Assembly: GCF_009914755.1 (NCBI RefSeq)
Contig: NC_060926.1
Strand: one strand, 5' to 3'
DNA length: 64,000 nucleotides
Origin: the human T2T-CHM13v2.0 reference genome, Homo sapiens
In this document: one piece after another, positions 52,768 through 64,000 of the stretch
Layout of the letters: each line of letters starts with the position of its first letter
Position numbering within the stretch: the stretch's first letter is position 1
Notes under the pieces: model-generated
Told to the model about the DNA's origin: nothing
The model's database searches: none
Seen by the model: only the letters and a program-made list of their open reading frames with translations
Position numbers and translations under genes: made by a program

Positions 52768-53294
52768 GTCATGCTAGCCACACTTTAAGTGATCAATAGC
52801 CACATAAAAGTGGCTACCTCGTTGCACAGGATTGGACTGGACTGATCTCATTCATCTTTGTGTCTTCAGCACCTAGAACATTGCCTGGCTAGATGTTTGT
52901 TGATCTAAACTAAGCTTCTCTTTCTCTGCCTCAAGAAAAAGAAGCACATGAAACAGAGCATGTCAGCTTTGCAAATTATGTCTATGAAGATGTCTCAAAA
53001 GACTGATCTATAATATGATTTGCTCCTCACCCATATTTGAAATGAAATCATCTTAAAAATATAATTCCATTTTTCAAATAACTGCATAGATATGGCTCAT
53101 TTTGTGCACTTGATGTACCAAAATGCATATGATTTAAATTTATAAATCAGCCAATTGTAATAAATGTGAGAGAAGCATTTTAACAAAAACTTTCCTATTG
53201 TGAATATTTTCAAAAGTGAAATTCCTTTACAAAGTGAGTAATTACTCTCTGATTTACCTGTAAGCACATCATTATATAAAAATCAGAATTTGGG

Positions 53295-53472
53295 CAGGGG
53301 AAGGGAGAGCATCAGGATAAATAGCTAATGCATGCAGGGCTTAATGCCTAGGTGATGGGTTGATGGGTGCAGCAAACCACCATGCCACATGTTTGCCTAT
53401 GTAACAAACCTGCACATCCTGCACGTGTATCCCAGAGCTTAAAATTAAAATAAAATAAAATTTAAAAAAAAT
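53295..53472 (+). mobile_element. L1PA 3' end (older primate L1)
   Basis: ...TAGGTGATGGGTTGATGGGTGCAGCAAACCACCATG...AACCTGCACATCCTGCAC plus A-rich tail. Confidence 0.85.
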
Positions 53473-53862
53473 AAGAATTTGCCCTTAATTGAAGAATTAG
53501 GCAAACAAAAAATAGTTTTATTTGAATGTGCTATTGTAACCATCTGATGTAGAAAACTTTAGAGAATAAAGTTACTATTATTACTAACTACAAATAAATA
53601 ACCAGCATTGTATAGCACTTTACTATGTACAAAGCAGTATCACAAACATTGCTTAATTTGATTCTCACAGAAACTATATAAGCTAACAGGGAAGGTCCTT
53701 ACTGTGTCCATTTGGCAGGTGAAGTTCAGAAAGACTAATCTTTTGTCTCTAAATTCCGATCTTCTTTTCACTATACCAATAAGGACATATGAACTACATT
53801 GGAATTGGGACTTTAGATTTTTCTGCCTTATTTAGACGGAAATACTTTCCTAGAAATATAAT

Positions 53863-54173
<311 letters not shown>

Positions 54174-55269
54174 TAGAAATATAACTTTTTAAGCAACCTA
54201 TAATTTGTGTGAACTAAAACCATTGTTTTACATCCCTGGAAAAAAATATATATATCTCGCCACCTATTTATAAGAAGGCCCTCAATCAATATTTGCTAAA
54301 AGATCAATGAATACATGAGTGATCCTGAAAACAAATAGAGCAGACTATTATCAGCCAAAGTTCAGTTGCAAAGAACAGAATCCAGTCTGGTTAGTTTAAG
54401 CTAGAAGTATTAAAGCACTTAAAGAACTGAAACTATTAATGGAGTGACTCACAAAACCATAACTCAGAACTGGGAAACCAAAAGAGCGGTGCTGTTGCTC
54501 ATTGTGAAGCTGACTGCTCCAGCACTACGCCACCATACCACAGTCTGGAAGCCATCACGATCAGGAAGCTGCCACTTCCATGGCCAGCTCCAGAATCACA
54601 CCATACCAACTATAATCTGCACTGGCAAAGTAGATGCACCACCCCATGTTTCCTGATATTCAGGAAACTAATAAGTGAACACTGGAACCTCCAGAACCAT
54701 TGTTATAGAAGAAAAAAAACGCACCCAAAGCCAAGCCTAGCAGCAGAAACAGCCTTCCGGATCTTACATAGAGGCTCTGATTGTTGAAGCTTAAGTAATA
54801 ATAGCTGCAAGAGAGTCTAGGGATGCAATATTTGGCTTACTAGTCTCTGTAGGAGTCTTGGCAAATTGGCCAACATGTGTGCTCTTTTTAGAATCTTTTA
54901 TTAGTAGCAGAAATTGAAAAAAAAATTATTCTTGCAACAAATTAAGAGAACTAAAGTTCGCAATGATCAACTAACATATTACCAAATCAACTCCTATTAT
55001 AAGAATTTATTATAAGATTTCAGTGTGAAGAAGAAGGTACTAATACACCATTTTATCTCAGTCTGAAAGCAAAGTCTCTAGGATGGCTTCAGCTACTCTG
55101 CAACTGGCACCAAAATGACCACAGGAAGAGAGAAGAGAAAAAGCTAATCTTCTCGACTGTTTCCATAGTGCAATGTTTTTTACAGAAAAATAAGTGAAAT
55201 GTACAAAAACGATCATTGGAAATGCTTCTGCATGAATACTAATGTGTATATCTGCAATTTAGACATAAT

Positions 55270-55480
<211 letters not shown>

Positions 55481-55872
55481 TAAACTAGGGAAGGCAAAAT
55501 AGTTCTACCTAGTCAGATTGAGTTATTTTCACAAGCAGCAGCATTTCCACCCCATCATCCAGCTAGTGGTGGGGCACTAGAGGGAAATAATTATTGGGTG
55601 AGAAAAGAAGAGAGAGAATTTTGTAGCCACAGCCTTATGTGTTGAGGGATCCTATGTGCACTGTGGTGTGGCATTCTGAATGGCTGCGGCACCACAAGGG
55701 CACTGTGTGGTGAGATGCCCTTCCCGGGGAAGGAAGACGCCAGAAGAAAAAAAATGAGTGAAGAAAGCTGAAATCACCAAAAACAAATTTCATCTACTTC
55801 ACAACTTTAAAACATTAACTCTGTCCAGTCTTGTAGTGGAGAAGGATGATTGCCTATGGACCTCCAGATTAT

Positions 55873-55965
55873 CAAACTGGTCTTGAACTCCTGACCTCAG
55901 GTGATCCACCCACCTTGGCCTCCGAAAGTGCTGGGATTACAGGCGTGAGCCACCGTGCCCGGCCC
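55873..55965 (-). mobile_element. Alu left-arm fragment
   Basis: CTGGTCTTGAACTCCTGACCTCAGG...GCCCGGCC. Confidence 0.8.
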
Positions 55966-56107
55966 AGACTTTTGATATCTTGGCTTCCACCACCAATGTT
56001 AGCAAATATTTCTAGCAGAGTCTGATAGCAAAAGCAACAGTCTTTATCACTAAGTATAATGATGACTATAAGAACAAATCGAAACACGATGATTTTCATG
56101 TGTTCCT

Positions 56108-56684
56108 GAAGCCATCCCTATAAACTTTATAAAATTAATCAGGGAAGGAGGGAGGGGAAGAAACAAAAATAAACCAAGCTCACCGCCCATTCAGCATTAA
56201 TCATGAGGCCAGCTGCTCTCTGACTGCTTCCTCATGGTTGCTTGGTGCTATTGCCTCAGAATCACATAGAACCTGTTACAAGATTTTAGTTCCCCTTAAC
56301 TCCTCAATAGATAACAACTGGAACATTATTAAATGTTTAGTTTTACGTTTGATATATTCTTTTTGGTCCCACGTATCAACAACACTACTGACATCAGCTG
56401 GTCTGAAGGAACCCCCAGGAGCTCACTCACCAAGGAATTCAGTTTTTACATCCTGATGATTTTATTCCCCTTACCCTGACCAATCAACAACTCCAGTTTT
56501 CCAGCCCCTCAGCCTCCATGATCACCTTAAAAGCCCCAGCCCAGAACTCCTGGGAGGGATGGATTCGAAGTTCTCCTCCCATCTCCTCACTCGGCGCCCT
56601 GTGATCATTAAACCCTCTGCTGCTGTCTCAGTGTAACTGGCCTGTTACTGTGGATCGGGCATACAAATCTGTGGATCCTAAAAC
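56108..56684 (+). mobile_element. ERV1-class solo LTR (LTR26/MER41-like)
   Basis: TG start, AAAAATAAACCAAGCT and CATTCAGCATTAATCA motifs, ATTAAA near the end, CA terminus. Confidence 0.6.
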
Positions 56685-57443
56685 ATTGCCACAAAACAAT
56701 AATTTTATGGGAACACACTGCTTCCTCTGCTGTCGTCTGCCCCAGTAAAGTCAGCTACGTTCAGTCACTTCATGTGTTACCTCTCCTACATTCAACAAAC
56801 ATTTATGATAAACATTTCAACCTGACCCTGTGGTGGGCCCTGATAAAAGAATAAATAAGACACAGTCCCAACCCGCTCTGTGTCCATTCCAGGGACTCAT
56901 ATCTTAAAGAAGGCTAAGGCAGATGGTTATATCTTTTTTCCTCCACAGACTTATGTGAGATTTCAGACACAGTGGGTAACACAAATGAGGGTAAAGAGAT
57001 ATCCTCCCTGCAATGTGAAACGACATCATTATTCAAAAGCTAAAACCATCAGTTAGAACCCTCCCCCAGTGCCATTACTTCCCACTTACAAAACAATAGC
57101 ATTAGAAGCTATAGTCAAAGGCAGACTTTAACTTTCTCTGATAAATTATTAATAACAAATGCGTTTTACCAAAGTTAATAAGATCCCCATACCAAGTATA
57201 AGAGCCATAAAAATGATAATATCCTTTGTCAAAGTAATTTTACTCAGGAGAATTGAAGTTTAGTCCGAACCAATATAGAAGTCATATGCATAGAGATGTT
57301 CACAATATTATCTATGACATCTAAGAGTCAAGAAATCATTAGATAAATTATGATTGTCAACTAGATATACTGAGGGGTAATTATAAGACTCGTGACAATA
57401 AAAAACAATTTATTATTTGATGGAAAGTTTTGAAACGTCTAAT

Positions 57444-57775
<332 letters not shown>

Positions 57776-57796
57776 TAAAAGTGTGACCATGTGTAC

Positions 57797-58010
57797 CAGG
57801 GCTTCCCAACCTTGGCACCATTGACATTTTGGTCCAGATAATTCTTTGCTGAGAGGGAGCTGTACGTTGTAGAATGTTTACCAGCACCCTTGACCCCTGC
57901 CCCCTGGATACCACTAGCGCCACCCATCCTCAGTAGTGACAATCAAAAATGTCTCCAAACATTCCCAACTCCCCACAGGTAGCAAAATCACCCCGAGTTG
58001 AGAACCATGG
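57797..58010 (+). mobile_element. MER20 (hAT-Charlie)
   Basis: CAGGGCTTCCCAACCTTGGCACCATTGACATTTTGG...GTTGAGAACCATGG. Confidence 0.78.
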
Positions 58011-60984
58011 GTTATACTCTATGATCACAGCTATGTAAAAATGTGTGCATATGTGGAGAAAGCTGGGAGGAAATTTGGAAAAATTAAAAAGGCATTTCTA
58101 ATAGGATGATGAAGTCATTGAAGTTTTTAAACATCCTCTTTAATATTTTTGCAATAAAAATATTAAAGGTTAAAATTGAGTACTGTTGTGAGTCACAAAC
58201 TCTTCTAAGGAGTTTTAATCTTTAAAAGTTATTATACAGTTTCATTATTAGAGATAATTTTAATCTCCCGTTATAATGACATCAAAGGAAACTTTATTTA
58301 GAGGATTGCAAAATCATTTTTTAAAAACCCATAAGGCCAGAACTGATATGTGATTCAGATGGAGAAGGACAGAATGACTCATTAGTACTAACCATAATTC
58401 TTATTCTGCAGAATGCTTCTTGGAGCTTGCTCAAAATCAGAAAGAATTTCTAAGGAAATTTTGTATAAGAAAAAAATGAATTCAGAATTATTCCATCACT
58501 GCTACCCAACACTGGATTTGAGTAAGAATTTAATGTATGTTTGGCGTCAATGGGAAAGTTACTTAAAATATTTTGACAATTCTCAATTTTATTTTTAAAA
58601 ATGTATTAAGGATTACAGCGTCTAACATTCGCAGAATGTTCTACCGTGTTCATTCTCTCATTTAGTGAATTTGAGCACAAGAAATAGAGCTTCAGTTGTG
58701 AACATGTGCTGAGTAACATAAGTAGGTAATATAGAACAAAGAGTGTAGGCTACTCTAACACTGTAGGGTTGGGAAAGAATAAAATTGTCAATATTCAAAT
58801 GGCCATTCTATTCCTTGCTCCGGTAGAACAGGTGATTTTAAACTGTTTTAGAAAGTCTCAATAATATTATTCTACAAAGCAATATATCTGAGAAGTGGGT
58901 AACCCAGTGCCTAAACCTTGCCAGAGAGGCAGATGTAGATGGTTGACAATCACCCTTTCCTGTTCTGAGGCATATATGTGATTCCATAAATAAGTGCAGG
59001 GGTATTTGATGCTTGACTTGGAGAGCTATGCCTGGAGGCTTGGGGGAATTTGGAGGCTGAGGAAGAAAGGAAAAGGTAAAAGGCTATGAGCAAGAATCTC
59101 AAGAGAGTGGAGAGAAAAACATGGCCTCTCGGCTCTTCCACCTTTACTCTACCCCAACCCGTTTGGTCCTGTGGACCCAATTAGGTCTTTATGAAGATCA
59201 GTGTTAGAAGACAAAGGAACTTTCTCATGCCATATTGTCAGATTCAGCATGTACAGCACTGAGACCCAGGTAATAAAGGGTAGAGTGGGCTGGAGGCGTT
59301 GCCTTCATTTCTACACAGTGGGAGCAAAGCAGTCCACCAAGTGCTGTGAAGCACAGGGCAGCAGAAAATCAGAAATTACAGGAAGGGCCCCATCAACAGG
59401 GCCAGCGCCTCCATCCAACAGATTTGGAACAAGGGACTTCTGCCAGGAGACTGGACCTTCATAGGAACATGAGCAGACTTGTTCCTAAGGACATACAGGA
59501 AACTTGCTCACAACTCCCAGATTAACTGGTGGAGATTTTGTGAGGGGAAGTTATTGAAACCTTTCAGTTAGGCATTTAGTGTTATTATGACTTTTTTTGG
59601 TTTCCATGGGTTGACTAGGTATGGGAACATTCCAACTACCTCTGATTTACAAAAAAAAAAATACACCACCAATTCCCAGTTTTATATTTCACAGGTGTCC
59701 CTCACTTTAAAAATAAGTATTTCATAAAAGTTCGCTATAAATAAGATGTAAAGCAAATTCTATTTTCTCATAGGTAGACATTTTTAGGTAAAATTTACAT
59801 AAGCAGTCATCATTACATTATTTTTCAATGGACAAAAAATTCCAATAAGTGGATCAAAAACTTTTGATAATGAAGGACAGTGAGATGAAGCCTAGCTCAA
59901 AGTAGGCTGGGCACTGCAAACCAATAGAGACACATCCCCGACTCTAAAAGTATTCCTCCACCATTGGCCACTGCCGTGGTCACAGTTACCAGATTGTCAA
60001 GTTAATATTATGAAGCTATGAAGTAACAGTGTAATAGCATCACTTCTGCAGGTACTATGATCATTACTCTGAATTAAAGTTCACTTAAAGCTACATAGAA
60101 CAAATCAGTTCTGTGTCCATTCTGAAAGTTTAGAATGTTTTATATTGAATGAGGTGATCTGTGTTAGGGGCTATGCTAGCCAGCACACAAGGGCAAGATT
60201 CTAATCCATCGGTGGTAAGTGAACCTGTAATGGACAGCTCTCATTTTTAATAGCCAGGTTCCTCCTTCTTATGATAGAACTCTCTTTCCTGTGAGGAACC
60301 CGATCCATGTGTCTCAGCTGGAGCTGAACTCTCACTTGGGGCTACACAGCCATCATCACAAGAGTAGGCAAGTGACCCGACAAAGCCAACCAGAGTTCCC
60401 CATTTCCCTAGTCTGCTTGGTTGTTCCAGAGAGATATATGTGACCAAGTAGAACATATCAGAATCAACCCCAGGAGTTTTTTGTCAGAGCTATTGGGAAA
60501 GACTGGCTCTTTTTACCAGATTTACTAAGCTAAGAACATAGGAGCCTGGGATTGGAGAAGCTCAGAATGAAGCTGCAAGAGGTAAGCAGAGCTAGGAGAC
60601 AGAAAAACAGCCCTAAAGACATCATCTGAGCCCCTGGATCCCAGTTCTGTCTGAAGCTGGTTCCACATTGACTCTTTTTTTCTCCTACCATCCACTCAGG
60701 AACAGTAGGCTTCATTGCTCCAATCCAGACCAGTTTCCCAAGGTCATCAGGAGTAGAGACTCCCAGCATTTCCCAGTTCTGGGTTCCTGGGGTTTCTTCC
60801 AGGCAGTGGTGCCAACAAAACAACTGGTGGGACAATAAGAATACACAAACACACAATTCACTGTCTTTGTTAACTTTGACCAAAGTCAGGGCGAGAGACA
60901 ACAGTTGGAAGTACCTACAATCACTATCAAGCCTGCAGAGTCTAACTAAACCTTTTTATGTAACATAAATTGTTTTCCTTCTGA

Positions 60985-61305
<321 letters not shown>

Positions 61306-61947
61306 AATATTATTATTTTATCGGTGGCACAAATCACTTTCAAAGCTCCACTCCAGATAGTCCCCCAAGGTTCAGTTAGCTAGACCACCTATAGTTTTGC
61401 CCCTAATTGTTGTTGACTTTATTCAATGTGGTCTTTGTCATTATCATAAAGAGGGTGTGCTATTGTCAGAACTGGAAGGGGAGCAAACAGCACACCACAA
61501 CTTGAATGGAACTTGAATCATACCAGGTGAAATTCCCATGGATTCTTGGCTCCCTTTGCATTTGTTTTCACATAAACATTCTGCAATTTCTGCCAATTTG
61601 TGTCCTTGCTTTCTCTCCCTTTCTAAAACTTCTGGCTGACAGGTTCACTTTGCCCTGAATTTACTGATTTAACTCATTTTACTTCTACTAACTAACCTAA
61701 GGAGCTTTTCTTCCTCCTACATAATAGATTCACGCTCTGAATTTCTCCTTTAGATCAAAAGTGTCCATTCAACTTGAACCACCCACTTTAGTGAACCAAT
61801 AAATTCCTCTTTTGGAATTCCTCTTTTGTAATCCTACCTGTTTGGGTAGGATTTCTTTCACCAATAAGTGATTTGAGCTCCTGCCACAATCCGCTGAACT
61901 ATTCAATTCTTCTCAGGGGTTTTCATTCCTACAGCCAACTATTGGGA

Positions 61948-62302
61948 TGCTACTATGGTTTGAATCTGTTTCCCAATATTCATGTGTTGGAAACTTAATT
62001 TGCCATTGTAACAGTATTAAGAGGTGGAGTCTTTAAGATATGATTAGGCCCTGAAAAAAATGTTATCTCAGGAGTGGGCTCCTGATAAATAGATAAGTTT
62101 GGCCCCCATCCTGTCTGTTTGTCCTGTGTGCTTGCTTGCCCTTCTGCCATGGTTATAACACAGCAAGAAGGCCCTCATAAGATGCAGACCCCCCAACATT
62201 GGACTTCTCAGCCTTCAGAACTATAAGAAATAAATTCATTTTCTTTATAAATTACCTAGTCTGTTATATTCCATTACAGCAACATAAAACAGACTAGGAT
62301 AA
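61948..62302 (+). mobile_element. MaLR solo LTR (MST/MLT1A-like)
   Basis: CTATGGTTTGAAT...TTATAAATTACCTAGTCTG...CAGACTAGGATA. Confidence 0.78.
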
Positions 62303-64000
62303 ATGCTCACTACCGTACATTCTGGGATTCAAAATAAAGTTAACTAGAAAAAGGAAGGAAAACATGGTAGAGTGACCACACTTCTGTGCCTCCTCCCAAA
62401 CACCAGTGACACAATAGTAAAGGAATACACAGAAAAGAGGTTTTAGCCCCCAGCCACAAGTTGGAGAAGAAACAAGAACAAAGAATATTCAACAAACTTA
62501 GGGAAGATGGAAAGTGAATGGAGAAGTAAAAATGACTTAATAGGATAGAGGAAGTGGAAATCTAAGCATCTTGGCGGGGAATTTCAATGAGTAATGAGCT
62601 GTAAAGAGTCTCAGTGCTTGCAGGCAGCAAGAGCCACAGAAGGTAGAAGTGAAGCTGTGACTCCAAGATTATTAAGATTGGAGGGCTACATGTGTGGGAA
62701 ATGGTTGGACTTCCAGTCTCCTCAACAACTCTCAAGCAGCCAGACCCCTCTCTGCTCACTACCCCAAAAGAGAATGGAGGTTCATATTCTGATTAACCCA
62801 GCAGTCTCTGAACTTGAAGATTAAGCTACATGCAGGACAAAATGAGTTACAGACCTGAAAACTGTAGTTTCATGTAAGAGACTATGTACCGAACTGTGAA
62901 CATGTCAGGCATGTCCCTTTCCTGCTCTCAAAATGCCAGTAACCAAGCATGTACCTACCCCCACCCCGTGCCCCACCACCACCAAACCTAATCAATCCTC
63001 TGGAGAAACTGGATAGTCCGAGAGAAAAGGCCTTCAGGCTCTGACATTACAGGGTTCCCCAATAATAAAGCTGGTCCACCATCTAATCATCCTACAGAAA
63101 AGCCCTTTAGGCAACACACATTGCCAATGCACCCAGAGTTTCCAAAGAGGCTTTTTAGGAGGCACTCTTAAAAATAATAGCCAGCCAAGGATCCCAGACA
63201 TTTCAAAACGGTCTGCAACATGAAACACAAATACCAAAATAAACAGAGAAAAATGGAATTCAGATGTTAGAAACCAGAGAGTTCTTGACCCTGGAAAGAG
63301 TAAAGTCAAGTTACAATCACTGTTTGTGAAGCTGTTTGATCAACAGAGTTAGTGCTGCTATGGCTACAGTCTCATATCGCCAAGGATAACATTCAACTAC
63401 AAGTAACAGAAAACCAGACTACAATGGCTTAAACAAACAGCCGTTTATTTTTGTGACATAACAAGGAGTTGGAGGTAGCAGCTGCAGGCATTGATTCAAT
63501 ATCTCAATCGTGGCAGAAATGGCACCTCTGTAATTTTCCACTCTTTTCTTCAGGGTCCAAGATAGCTGTTGCAGTTTCAGGAATCACATATATATTGTTC
63601 AAGGCCACAGAGGGAAAAAAGAAGGCAAAGATGGTACCAACTATATCTTTCTTTATTGTATCATCTTATTGGCCAGAACCATGTCACGTGGCCCCCGATT
63701 TGGCTGGAAAAGTTCGTATCTATACCAGGAACTGCCATTGCTGCCCTAATAAAATTAGAATTATCTCAACAAGAAAGAAGTGGGAAATGGTCACTAAACA
63801 GGTAACTAGCAGTGTCTATCACAGTCTTCAAAACAAATTGTTGTTCTCTGGAATTTATACTTTCATAAGATCATAAGTGATTTTTAGGTGGTGATATAGA
63901 AGAAAGACCTGGAAAATGTTGATGAAACTAAAGGTAGAGATTCTGGTGTTTTATCTTTCAGATGACAAACTTTAGCCTTTTTATAGCTGACATCACTTAA

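Noticed and set aside
62330-63880. ORFs 62562-63876 near the right end
   Set aside because: They lie in degenerate L1M 5'-like and MLT1-like sequence with no splice or domain support. I could not set repeat boundaries confidently enough to list them as features.

Overview
Primate (human-like) genomic DNA, judged from AluY/AluS/AluJ, L1PA, THE1/MST and MER elements. It holds the complete HNRNPLL gene (heterogeneous nuclear ribonucleoprotein L-like, 4 RRM domains) on the minus strand. I assembled 13 coding exons by hand from ATG 45539 to stop 7097-7095: 1629 nt, 542 aa, with consistent phases at every junction. A CpG-island promoter lies at ~44.9-46.6 kb and the 3'UTR runs down to ~4.9 kb. Intron 4 is a minor-spliceosome (U12-type) intron with rare AT...AT termini. 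Intron 6 holds a CA-rich cluster, an intronic poly(A) site and a candidate PTC-containing poison exon. The most unexpected structure is an inverted repeat 1.6-6.2 kb upstream of the estimated TSS. Its two ~540-bp arms (47481-48014 and 51508-52055, roughly 85-90% identical by hand alignment) match no repeat family I recognise and flank a 3.5-kb spacer. The rest is intronic or intergenic DNA rich in interspersed repeats. Repeat boundaries and subfamily names were assigned by eye and are approximate.
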